A stretch of DNA of 64,000 bases from an uncultured Prevotella sp. (GTDB taxonomy: Bacteria > Bacteroidota > Bacteroidia > Bacteroidales > Bacteroidaceae), in assembly GCA_900319905.1 (NCBI GenBank), contig ONQB01000001.1, forward strand, positions 82,343 to 146,342, given 5' to 3'. Positions 28,726 to 36,582 of the stretch are shown in pieces; the stretch's first letter is position 1, and each line of letters opens with the position of its first letter. The translations under genes and the position numbers were made by a program. Below the pieces are notes generated by a model. It made no database searches. It was not told the DNA's origin and saw nothing but the letters and a program-made list of their open reading frames with translations.

Positions 28726-30507
28726 ATGAAATTAGCATTCTATATCAACTCCAGCATATCCACTCCGGCCTGGCTTCATGGCCTTGTCGGCAAGATGACA
28801 CATGTCAGTATGGCATTGACGGCAGCCACAGCCTTGTGCCTCACGACGTCCTGCTCCGGCATTCTTGACACCGACTCGGAGCTGGTGGAGTTTGAAGAAG
28901 ACAACCACATAGATACGCCTCAGGACTCAGTCTACAGTGTGATGGGTATCATCTATAACATGCAGAAGATTGCTGACCGCACGGTGATCCTCGGTGAGAT
29001 GCGAGGCGACCTTCTCACGCCTACCGACCATGCCTCGGCGGCTCTCAAGGATGTGGCCAATTTCAATATCGGCACTGACAATACCTATAATGCCATTGCC
29101 GACTACTTTGCCGTCATCAACAACTGCAACTTCTATCTGTCTCATGTCGATTCCCTGCTTACCATCCGCAACAAGAAGGTGTTTGCCGATGAGGTGGCCG
29201 CTGTGCGTACCTACCGCGCATGGGCCTATCTGGAAGCAGCCAAGGTCTATGGCTCACTGCCTCTCATCACCACGCCGATTGTCAATGAGCATCAGGCACA
29301 GGAGGCTTTGAAAAAACAGCCGTCGTCGCTCACAGACATTTGCAACTTCTTCATTGACGACTTGAAAAACCTCGTCAACGTGGACCTGCCCAACTATGGC
29401 ACGATCTCTGGTATGAGCTCCCAACAGTTCTTCATTCCCGTCAGAGTGCTACTGGGCGACCTCTGCTTGTGGGCCGGACGGTACCAGGAGGCTGCCACCT
29501 ACTATCATGACTATCTCACACGTACCGGTCACGAGGTGCCCACCGGCACCAGCCGTGTGGCTTGGGCCAGCAACTCCAACCGCTTTGAGAATGTGTCCAA
29601 CGGCTATAGCTCAAGCGTCGTCAGTACCGACGGAGGTACTTCGGCCGAGTGCAGCAGCTATATCCCGATGGAGACGTCAGCTTTCGACGGCATCAATTCT
29701 GACCTGAAAAACATCTACAATTCGACAGAGCTCAACAACTACTACTATCAGGTGACGCCCTCTGAGGCCATGCGTAGTCTGTCGGCCCGTCAGGCGTATT
29801 GCCTCGAATACCACCTGAGCGATACCAAGATTGACACGCTCTATTCACCGAAGGAGAAGCTCGCCAATCCACTCTATGCCGGTGACCTGCGTCTCTACGC
29901 CAACTACAGCCACCATGTCAATAAGCAGAGCTCCTTCTCTAAATATTCCAGCTATCGCCAGACGCTACAAAAGATCAACAGCTATGGCATCAATCTCTGC
30001 CGGCGCCAGTTGATCTACCTTCATTTTGCTGAGGCGCTCAACCGTGCCGGCTTCCCGGAGTCAGCTTTCTGTATCTTGAAGTACGGACTTTGCAACGACA
30101 ATATCAGCAAGTACATCTCAGAGAAAGAGCGTGAGGCAGTCGGCAGTCTGCTCGACTTCAACGCCAATGTCTTCACCACGGCCAACACCCAGGGCATTCA
30201 CTCACGTGGCTGCGGCGATTCTCCCGCCAATGCCTTCTATGTGCTGCCCGAGCCTGCCACGGAGTTGGCCAGTCGTGCTGACACCGTAGCTTATCAGATG
30301 CCTCTTGTTGAAGACCTCATCGTCGATGAGGAAGCCTTGGAGGGCTCGTTCGAGGGACAGCGTTTCTATGACCTCATGCGCGTGGCCTTGCGTCGCAACG
30401 ATCCCAATTATCTTGCCGATCCAGTCTCGCGGCGCGACGGTGAGCGCAACGACGCACTCTACCAAAGACTCCTCAATACCACCAACTGGTATCTTCCGAA
30501 ACAGTAA
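28726..30507 (+). CDS. susD: SusD/RagB lipoprotein 2
   Basis: Lipobox TTSC; GEMRGD, INNCN, LHFAEALNRAG, EGSFEGQRFYDLMR. Confidence 0.9.
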   Translation: MKLAFYINSSISTPAWLHGLVGKMTHVSMALTAATALCLTTSCSGILDTDSELVEFEEDNHIDTPQDSVYSVMGIIYNMQKIADRTVILGEMRGDLLTPTDHASAALKDVANFNIGTDNTYNAIADYFAVINNCNFYLSHVDSLLTIRNKKVFADEVAAVRTYRAWAYLEAAKVYGSLPLITTPIVNEHQAQEALKKQPSSLTDICNFFIDDLKNLVNVDLPNYGTISGMSSQQFFIPVRVLLGDLCLWAGRYQEAATYYHDYLTRTGHEVPTGTSRVAWASNSNRFENVSNGYSSSVVSTDGGTSAECSSYIPMETSAFDGINSDLKNIYNSTELNNYYYQVTPSEAMRSLSARQAYCLEYHLSDTKIDTLYSPKEKLANPLYAGDLRLYANYSHHVNKQSSFSKYSSYRQTLQKINSYGINLCRRQLIYLHFAEALNRAGFPESAFCILKYGLCNDNISKYISEKEREAVGSLLDFNANVFTTANTQGIHSRGCGDSPANAFYVLPEPATELASRADTVAYQMPLVEDLIVDEEALEGSFEGQRFYDLMRVALRRNDPNYLADPVSRRDGERNDALYQRLLNTTNWYLPKQ

Positions 30508-30597
30508 TCAGTCTTGATGGGCATCTCGTATGGCGGCCTGCAGTGTCAGGCCATGCCGGTGACATGCCCGTCAGACTATTTATTAATACCCATCATT

Positions 30598-32136
30598 ATG
30601 AAACATCATTACATTGCTGCCCTGCTGCTTGTCGGTGTACTCGCCGTAAGCCGTGCCATGGCCATTGGCACCGTGCACGTCTATGTAGACAATACACGCT
30701 TGCAGCATATCACTGGTTTCGGCGCAGCAGCCATGTCAGGTCCCATGGCCCCCATTCAAGACGTGTCGGTCATCGACTCGCTCTATGGGCCACAGTCGCC
30801 AGTGGGACTTAACATTCTCCGTATGGAGATTTCACCCAATCTGATCGGCGATGTCATCACCCCTTGGGATACGCCTTACGATTGGCATGGCTATCTTCCG
30901 GTGGTGAAGCGGGCCAAGTCGTATGGAGCCATTATCTTTGGTGCCCCTTGGTCGCCGCCGGCCGTTTACAAAACCAACAACTCCAATCTTGGATCTACAG
31001 ACAACGGCAAGACCAGAGGCAAGCTCAAGCGGTCGTGCTACGACAAGTTCTTCAGGTGGCTCAATAAGTTCTGCAACTATATGAAGAACAACCATGCGGC
31101 GGTGGACGTGGTCTCTCTTCAGAATGAGCCAGACTGGAGTCCCGGCTATTCCGGCTGTTTCTACACTCCGGAGGATCTCGACACGCTGGTGGCCGGCTAT
31201 GCCAATCTTCTCGATAAGGATAAATATGGCATCAAGCTCATGAGCGGTGAGGCCTTGGGCTACACCTACAACTATTACAAGCCGACGATCAAGGATACGG
31301 CAGCCCGCAAGTACATCGACATTCTCGGTGGCCATCTCTATGGCCATGCGCCGCTGAAGTATATGGTGCAGGCGGCTAGTGAGGCCTTCGGCTACGGCAT
31401 AGAGTCATGGATGACGGAGCATGTTGTTGACCCTCGCTCCGATACCGACGGTGACTCGCAGAGCGACACCAAGGTCATCGACCTGCCCACCTGGCGTGAG
31501 CAGCTTGAGTTTGCCGAAGAGGTCAATGAGGTCATGCAGGCTTTCGGCTCAGCCTATGTCTACTGGTACATGGTGTCGCACTATAGCTTCATAGGTTCCG
31601 GCGAGAATACCATCCAGCCAGGTAATGTCTATGGCAAAGTACTCGATCGTGGCCGCATCATGGGACAGTTTGCCAAGAACCTTACAGGCAGCACACGTCT
31701 GAAGAGCCGGTCGTCGGTGACGACACCTGCCTTCGAGAGCAGCGCTTACATCAAGGGCGACAGTCTCATCGTCATGGCCATCGACACCACCCGCCATGAT
31801 GTCAACTGCCACATCAGTCTTCCCCTTGCCGTCAGCAGCTGTAAGTTGATAACGTCTACTGAGGGCAATCTCTGCCAGGCCACAGATGTCAACATCGAGA
31901 AGGGAACTACATCGGTGACGTGCCCCATCAAGGGCCGTAGCATCAATACGTTTGTTTTCCGGCTGGCAACGACGGGCATCACGGAATCTGCAAAGACAGA
32001 GCCTGCTCGCCACAGGGTGGATGTTTACAGCCTAACCGGGACCAAAATCTGCCAGGCAGCCGACGAACAGGAGGCAATAGCCAGATTGTCAAAAGGTATC
32101 TACATCATTGGAGGCAGGAAGATAGCAGTCAAATAG
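30598..32136 (+). CDS. GH30 endo-xylanase-like enzyme with T9SS C-terminal domain
   Basis: Start MKHHY at 30598; QHITGFGA, PWSPP, SLQNEPD (acid/base), GGHLYG, WMTEH (nucleophile); CTD TGI...VYSLTG...KGIYIIGGRKIAVK. Confidence 0.85.
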   Translation: MKHHYIAALLLVGVLAVSRAMAIGTVHVYVDNTRLQHITGFGAAAMSGPMAPIQDVSVIDSLYGPQSPVGLNILRMEISPNLIGDVITPWDTPYDWHGYLPVVKRAKSYGAIIFGAPWSPPAVYKTNNSNLGSTDNGKTRGKLKRSCYDKFFRWLNKFCNYMKNNHAAVDVVSLQNEPDWSPGYSGCFYTPEDLDTLVAGYANLLDKDKYGIKLMSGEALGYTYNYYKPTIKDTAARKYIDILGGHLYGHAPLKYMVQAASEAFGYGIESWMTEHVVDPRSDTDGDSQSDTKVIDLPTWREQLEFAEEVNEVMQAFGSAYVYWYMVSHYSFIGSGENTIQPGNVYGKVLDRGRIMGQFAKNLTGSTRLKSRSSVTTPAFESSAYIKGDSLIVMAIDTTRHDVNCHISLPLAVSSCKLITSTEGNLCQATDVNIEKGTTSVTCPIKGRSINTFVFRLATTGITESAKTEPARHRVDVYSLTGTKICQAADEQEAIARLSKGIYIIGGRKIAVK

Positions 32137-32150
32137 ACGGAAATGTGTCA

Positions 32151-32216
32151 TGAGATAAACAGAATATCGTTTGAGACATGACTTAAGGGCTGTCTCGCTT
32201 CTTTAATCTAATTTTG
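32151..32216 (+). promoter_or_regulatory. PUL promoter 2 with putative HTCS operator
   Basis: TGAGAT(32151)-N15-TGAGAC(32172)-N31-TAATTTTG(32209). Confidence 0.7.
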
Positions 32217-32256
32217 CGATAAAACCAATATGTTCAATCCATAATTTATCAACATT

Positions 32257-35200
32257 ATGCAACCAAAACTATTACTCTCTTTAGGTATGTTCCTAACGAC
32301 AGCCATGGCAGCAAGAGCACAAGTCTTCACCCAGGGCTTTGAGGAGGAACAATCTGCTGACACTACCGTAGTTGGTTGGTATCAGTACATCAACACGCAG
32401 ACAGGTGACGTGCGCGAGTTGACGAGCGATGATGCTCACAGCGGCTCACAAAGTCTGCATTTCTTCAACAGTGCTGATGTGGCCGGCAACAATTGGCAAC
32501 GCGCCATTAAGTTCCGCAACCTCCCCATTGAGGAGAATACCGCCTATCGGCTCTCTTTCTATCTCAAGGGAAGCAATACCTACACGGTGGATGGCAAATC
32601 GCAGCGCTGCTCGGCTCGCTTCGCACTGATGCAGGGCGTTGAAAATGCCGACGCACCCTTTGTCGCTACCGATGGTACTTCAACCTACGTCAGCGACATC
32701 TCACGTTTCAACGAAGGTGACTATGAGCACTACACCGGTTTCTTCTATTATGGCACGAAGGCAGCCGAGCAAGCCTATTACGCTTCTCAGCATCCCGATG
32801 CAGCTCCGTTGGAGGAGAAGTATTTCGCCACGCTCAATGTCTACAATCCCGGCGACTTCTACATTGACGACGTACAACTTGTCAAGACAAATATTGCTGG
32901 TGCCACGTTCAAGAACGACTATTGCCGCATTGATTTCGGCTTTGATACCAACATCAAGAGCTTGGTAGAGAAATATGGAGAGGGCGGAACGCTCCTTCTT
33001 CCCAACGACTGTGTCACCCTGACACAGAATGGTGAGCCGCAGGATGTTCTCTCTGTCGAGCTTCGCAGCGACGGCTACATGTATATCTTCCTGGCGAGCA
33101 GCACTATGGAAGACGGTGACAAGGTGACCATCGCCTTCAAGAATCCTTCTGGCGACTATCAGTTGAAGTATCAGGGTGCCAAGGTGCCTAATTATGAGCT
33201 TGTGCCCGACTTCACCGAGGAGGCTGCCTGGTATGATGGCGGTATGTCTGACGACATCTTCTCTTGGCAATATGTCACACCAAGCGTGAAGCAGGCTGAT
33301 CCCGAGGACGGATCTTTCGACCTTCCGCTCGACACCAAGCATTTTACCGTTGTGTTCAACAAAGACGTTGAGGCTTCGGCTCTTGAGGCAACGCTGGGCT
33401 CACAGAAGCTCACCGTTGAGCCTTCTGAGGGCTATGCATCCTCTTTCACGCTCACTCCGACAGCCGCTCTGACCGCAGGTGAGTACACTCTCACGCTCAA
33501 TAAGGTCTATCCTCGTGTGCGCCTGAGCGATGATGTCTTTGGCACTTACAAGTTTGATTTGACCTTTGGCTCTTCAGCTGCCGATCCTAATGACACTGCC
33601 TATGTCGTGATGAAGGACAGCATCAGCGAAACTGTTACCAACAGTCAGCAGGGTGAGGGCTTCATTCCTTATGGATGGAATATCTATTCGGCCAACAATA
33701 AGCTCGAGCAGGGCAGCAAGGCTGGCAGCGGTCCGCGTCCGTTCAAGTTTGCCGACGGTGGAGACTTTGTTGGCGGTCTCTACATCCGCACCACCGATCC
33801 AGACAATGGTTGGGCAGAATACGGATCAACCGAGGGCTACGAGCTTCCTCTTGAGTCTGGTAAGAAATATCAGATCAGCTACAATGTCGCTGCTTGGAAG
33901 AATGCTCCTTATGTGAAATTTGAACTGATTGATGCCAATGGCACGAGCGTTGTAACACGTATCGACGCTGCCAAGCCAAATCTCAATGGCAGCAAGAATG
34001 CCATCGTAGGTTCTACTGCTGTCTCCTTCACTTATCGTCCGACCGACAGCGGCAACTACATCATGAAGTGGAGTCCTGTGGCCAATGCCGACGGTGGTGG
34101 CGGTGCATGGCTTGAGGTGATTCTCGGCAATGTGAAAGTAACCTACATCCCCAATCAGAGTGGTATCGTAGAGAAAAAGCTTCTGGCAACGGCTTTGGAT
34201 AATGCCAAGACTGTTTTGGCCAACAACTCCGCAGTACGTTACGCTGGTCCTGACCAGACGGCTCTTCAGACTGCCATCGCCAAGTATGACGGACAGTCGT
34301 CGACTGCGCCTTCTTGGTATCGCAACGCCGCTGCCGAGCTCGATGCAGCTGCAAAGGCTATGCAGGAACATCGCACATTGTGCGATACCTACGACCCGCT
34401 CGTGAGCAAGGCTCAGGGTGTGCTCGACGGTGTGGAAGATAAGTATAAGGCTTACAAGCAATACGACGGCCACGTGGCTTACGACGAACTGCTTGCCACC
34501 ATCAATACCTATTCTGGCCAGGTGCTCACCGACAACGACTCACTCAAGACTGCCATCAATACCCTCAATGAGAGCATGCGTTACATGGCTACTGCCAAGC
34601 GTGTCGTCGATGCTCTGACACAGTCTATCCAGAGTGGCTACAACACCTTGAAGATGCTCACCACTCCAAGTGCTGCCCTTACCGCTTCGGTCAACAGCGT
34701 GCTCACTGATGACGCTACAGTAAAGCAAGCCGTGCGCGATGAGCTTACTACGGCTCTCTACCGTGCACTGTCTGATCCTGCCAACACGGTGTTCAGTGAG
34801 AAACTTGACACCACTACGCTTGAGACTTATGTCGACTCTCTCGATATGTCGGTATTCCTTGAGAACCCGGAGTTCTATTTCCTCTGCAATCCTGATGGTT
34901 CCAACTCTTCTGAGGCAACGGTCAATCTTGACAATGTCGCACAGACGCTTCCCGGTTGGACGATGACTGCCGGTACAGGTTGGAGTGAGGCTATCAGCTA
35001 TCACTATCCATGGGCATGGTTCGCAGACAAGGATACCTGGAAATATACAACTGTCAACAAGTCCAATCCTGCCGCCAATGGCTCAGTTGCCGACTGGGGT
35101 CGTGAGATGACGCTTACTCAGCATGTGACAGGTCTGCCTGCCGGCACCTATGAGCTTGTCCTTGGTGTGGGCGACCGTAATAGCGATAACGAAAGCGCGC

Positions 35201-35592
35201 CCAAGTGCTTCGTGAAGTACACCACTGCTGCCGGTACTGACAGCGTTGCCGTGAAGATTATACCGGGTAGCAATGATGCTGTAGACGGTGATGCTGCTAC
35301 TATTATCAAGAACCTGGTCATCACTGACGGCAACCTCGATCTTGCTGTCATCAATCAGCAGGAAGGTCGTCCGTTGGTCAACTACGTACGCCTCTACATG
35401 AAGGGAGCCGCTGATGAGTTTAACTATACCACCGGTATCAAGACTGTTGACAACAGTGATGCCAATGTAGTGAAGACCGCATTCTATGGCGTTGATGGCC
35501 GACAGCTTAATTCACCCACAAAGGGCGTGGTTATCGTCAAGCAGACTTTGAGCAACGGTAAGACACGTACCTCGAAGGTTGTTGTAAGATAA
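32257..35592 (+). CDS. Large multi-module T9SS-secreted protein (CBM4/22-like, Ig-like, unnamed domain, helical FIVAR-like region); no recognisable catalytic domain
   Basis: Signal peptide; GFEE...GW...AHSGSQSL...YRLSFYLKG; PEDGSFDLP...VVFNK; CTD TGIKTV...FYGVDGRQ...KGVVIVKQTLSNGKTRTSKVVVR. Confidence 0.7.
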   Translation: MQPKLLLSLGMFLTTAMAARAQVFTQGFEEEQSADTTVVGWYQYINTQTGDVRELTSDDAHSGSQSLHFFNSADVAGNNWQRAIKFRNLPIEENTAYRLSFYLKGSNTYTVDGKSQRCSARFALMQGVENADAPFVATDGTSTYVSDISRFNEGDYEHYTGFFYYGTKAAEQAYYASQHPDAAPLEEKYFATLNVYNPGDFYIDDVQLVKTNIAGATFKNDYCRIDFGFDTNIKSLVEKYGEGGTLLLPNDCVTLTQNGEPQDVLSVELRSDGYMYIFLASSTMEDGDKVTIAFKNPSGDYQLKYQGAKVPNYELVPDFTEEAAWYDGGMSDDIFSWQYVTPSVKQADPEDGSFDLPLDTKHFTVVFNKDVEASALEATLGSQKLTVEPSEGYASSFTLTPTAALTAGEYTLTLNKVYPRVRLSDDVFGTYKFDLTFGSSAADPNDTAYVVMKDSISETVTNSQQGEGFIPYGWNIYSANNKLEQGSKAGSGPRPFKFADGGDFVGGLYIRTTDPDNGWAEYGSTEGYELPLESGKKYQISYNVAAWKNAPYVKFELIDANGTSVVTRIDAAKPNLNGSKNAIVGSTAVSFTYRPTDSGNYIMKWSPVANADGGGGAWLEVILGNVKVTYIPNQSGIVEKKLLATALDNAKTVLANNSAVRYAGPDQTALQTAIAKYDGQSSTAPSWYRNAAAELDAAAKAMQEHRTLCDTYDPLVSKAQGVLDGVEDKYKAYKQYDGHVAYDELLATINTYSGQVLTDNDSLKTAINTLNESMRYMATAKRVVDALTQSIQSGYNTLKMLTTPSAALTASVNSVLTDDATVKQAVRDELTTALYRALSDPANTVFSEKLDTTTLETYVDSLDMSVFLENPEFYFLCNPDGSNSSEATVNLDNVAQTLPGWTMTAGTGWSEAISYHYPWAWFADKDTWKYTTVNKSNPAANGSVADWGREMTLTQHVTGLPAGTYELVLGVGDRNSDNESAPKCFVKYTTAAGTDSVAVKIIPGSNDAVDGDAATIIKNLVITDGNLDLAVINQQEGRPLVNYVRLYMKGAADEFNYTTGIKTVDNSDANVVKTAFYGVDGRQLNSPTKGVVIVKQTLSNGKTRTSKVVVR

Positions 35593-35668
35593 CGTATGAG
35601 TATAATTAGTATGATCGTGGATAGATTGCCCATCCTCAATCTATAGTCCATTAAGAGACTGTATTGTG

Positions 35669-35761
35669 GAAGTCCGGAAGTCCGGAAGTTCAGTCATACG
35701 CTTCAGTATCTGGTATTCAGTTATTTGAAGTGATGACCGACCTTCCTGACTTACGGACTTC
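35669..35761 (+). repeat. Palindromic element copy A (GAAGTYCR-repeat arms)
   Basis: Left arm 35669-35697 matches right arm 35733-35761 at 25/29; followed by a T run, so it may double as a terminator. Confidence 0.8.
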
Positions 35762-35826
35762 TTTTTTTACTTTATGCGTACTCGCTAGCACGGACGTAAC
35801 CTCGTTGAACAGTTACACACTTATTG

Positions 35827-35941
35827 ACTCAAATTTCGGAAGTGAAGTCATTCCTTGCAGGGGCGGCCCTTGTGGCCGTCCGCAACCTTTCCTTGGAAAA
35901 GTTATTTTTTGGTTGCGGAAATATACTTCCGAAACTTGAGT
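35827..35941. mobile_element. 115-bp MITE-like element
   Basis: 17-bp TIRs ACTCAAATTTCGGAAGT / ACTTCCGAAACTTGAGT (1 mismatch), flanked by TATTG on both sides (35822-26, 35942-46). Confidence 0.6.
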
Positions 35942-36089
35942 TATTGATTATTGTTAATTTTTGGGAAATTAGTTGACAAAATGCGGTTGCGGGAAAACTC
36001 CCGTTTTGAGTGAGAAATTGGTCAAAATCGTCAAGATGTTCTTTATAAACCGATAAAGCGTCGGCTTCTCGATGTAATGTTGTCGGCCT

Positions 36090-36180
36090 TTCGTCGAAAT
36101 GCTGGTGCTTATTCGTCGACAAGCCGACGCTTCTTCGTCGATAAGCCGGTGCCTTTTCGCCGAAAAGCCGACCCATTTTC
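36090..36180 (+). repeat. Degenerate 22-bp tandem array, >=4 copies (TTCGTCGAHAAGCCGRYGCYTY-like)
   Basis: Units start at 36090, 36112, 36134, 36156 and 36178 (partial). Confidence 0.8.
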
Positions 36181-36582
36181 GGCAATATCGGGGATCAAAA
36201 GCATTGACTTGTAGGATGTGCTTTGTATAATTGATTGATAATTAATAAGTTACTGAAGTTGCTTATTTCTGCCTGATTTCGTGTCAATATCGGCTTCGTT
36301 GACAACAACGGCCGCCACAATGTTAAATAATGATGAAAAATATTTGCAGTTTTCTCTGAAATCAGTAGAATTCCTATTTGCTTTGTCATGCTTTCAAAAA
36401 GCTGCGCTTAATGTTTATGGGCAAGGCAGTTGACTGCCGGTGAATAAAAAAATAAAATTACTTGGTAGTTTGTATAAATCTAATTAATTTTGCTTCTGAC
36501 ATAGTTCTTCATGAGGCCCAACGGCTGAATGATGAGGTGGACCAATTGTCAACTCCGAAGCTAAAAATGATATTATATTCGA

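Noticed and set aside
36301-36328. dif-like site (CAATGTTAAAT resembles a XerD arm)
   Set aside because: No plausible XerC arm at the required 6-bp spacing.
35664-36389. Small ORFs in the 1-kb gap before the HTCS, as possible transposase remnants
   Set aside because: They run through repeats and palindromes; no transposase motif recognised.
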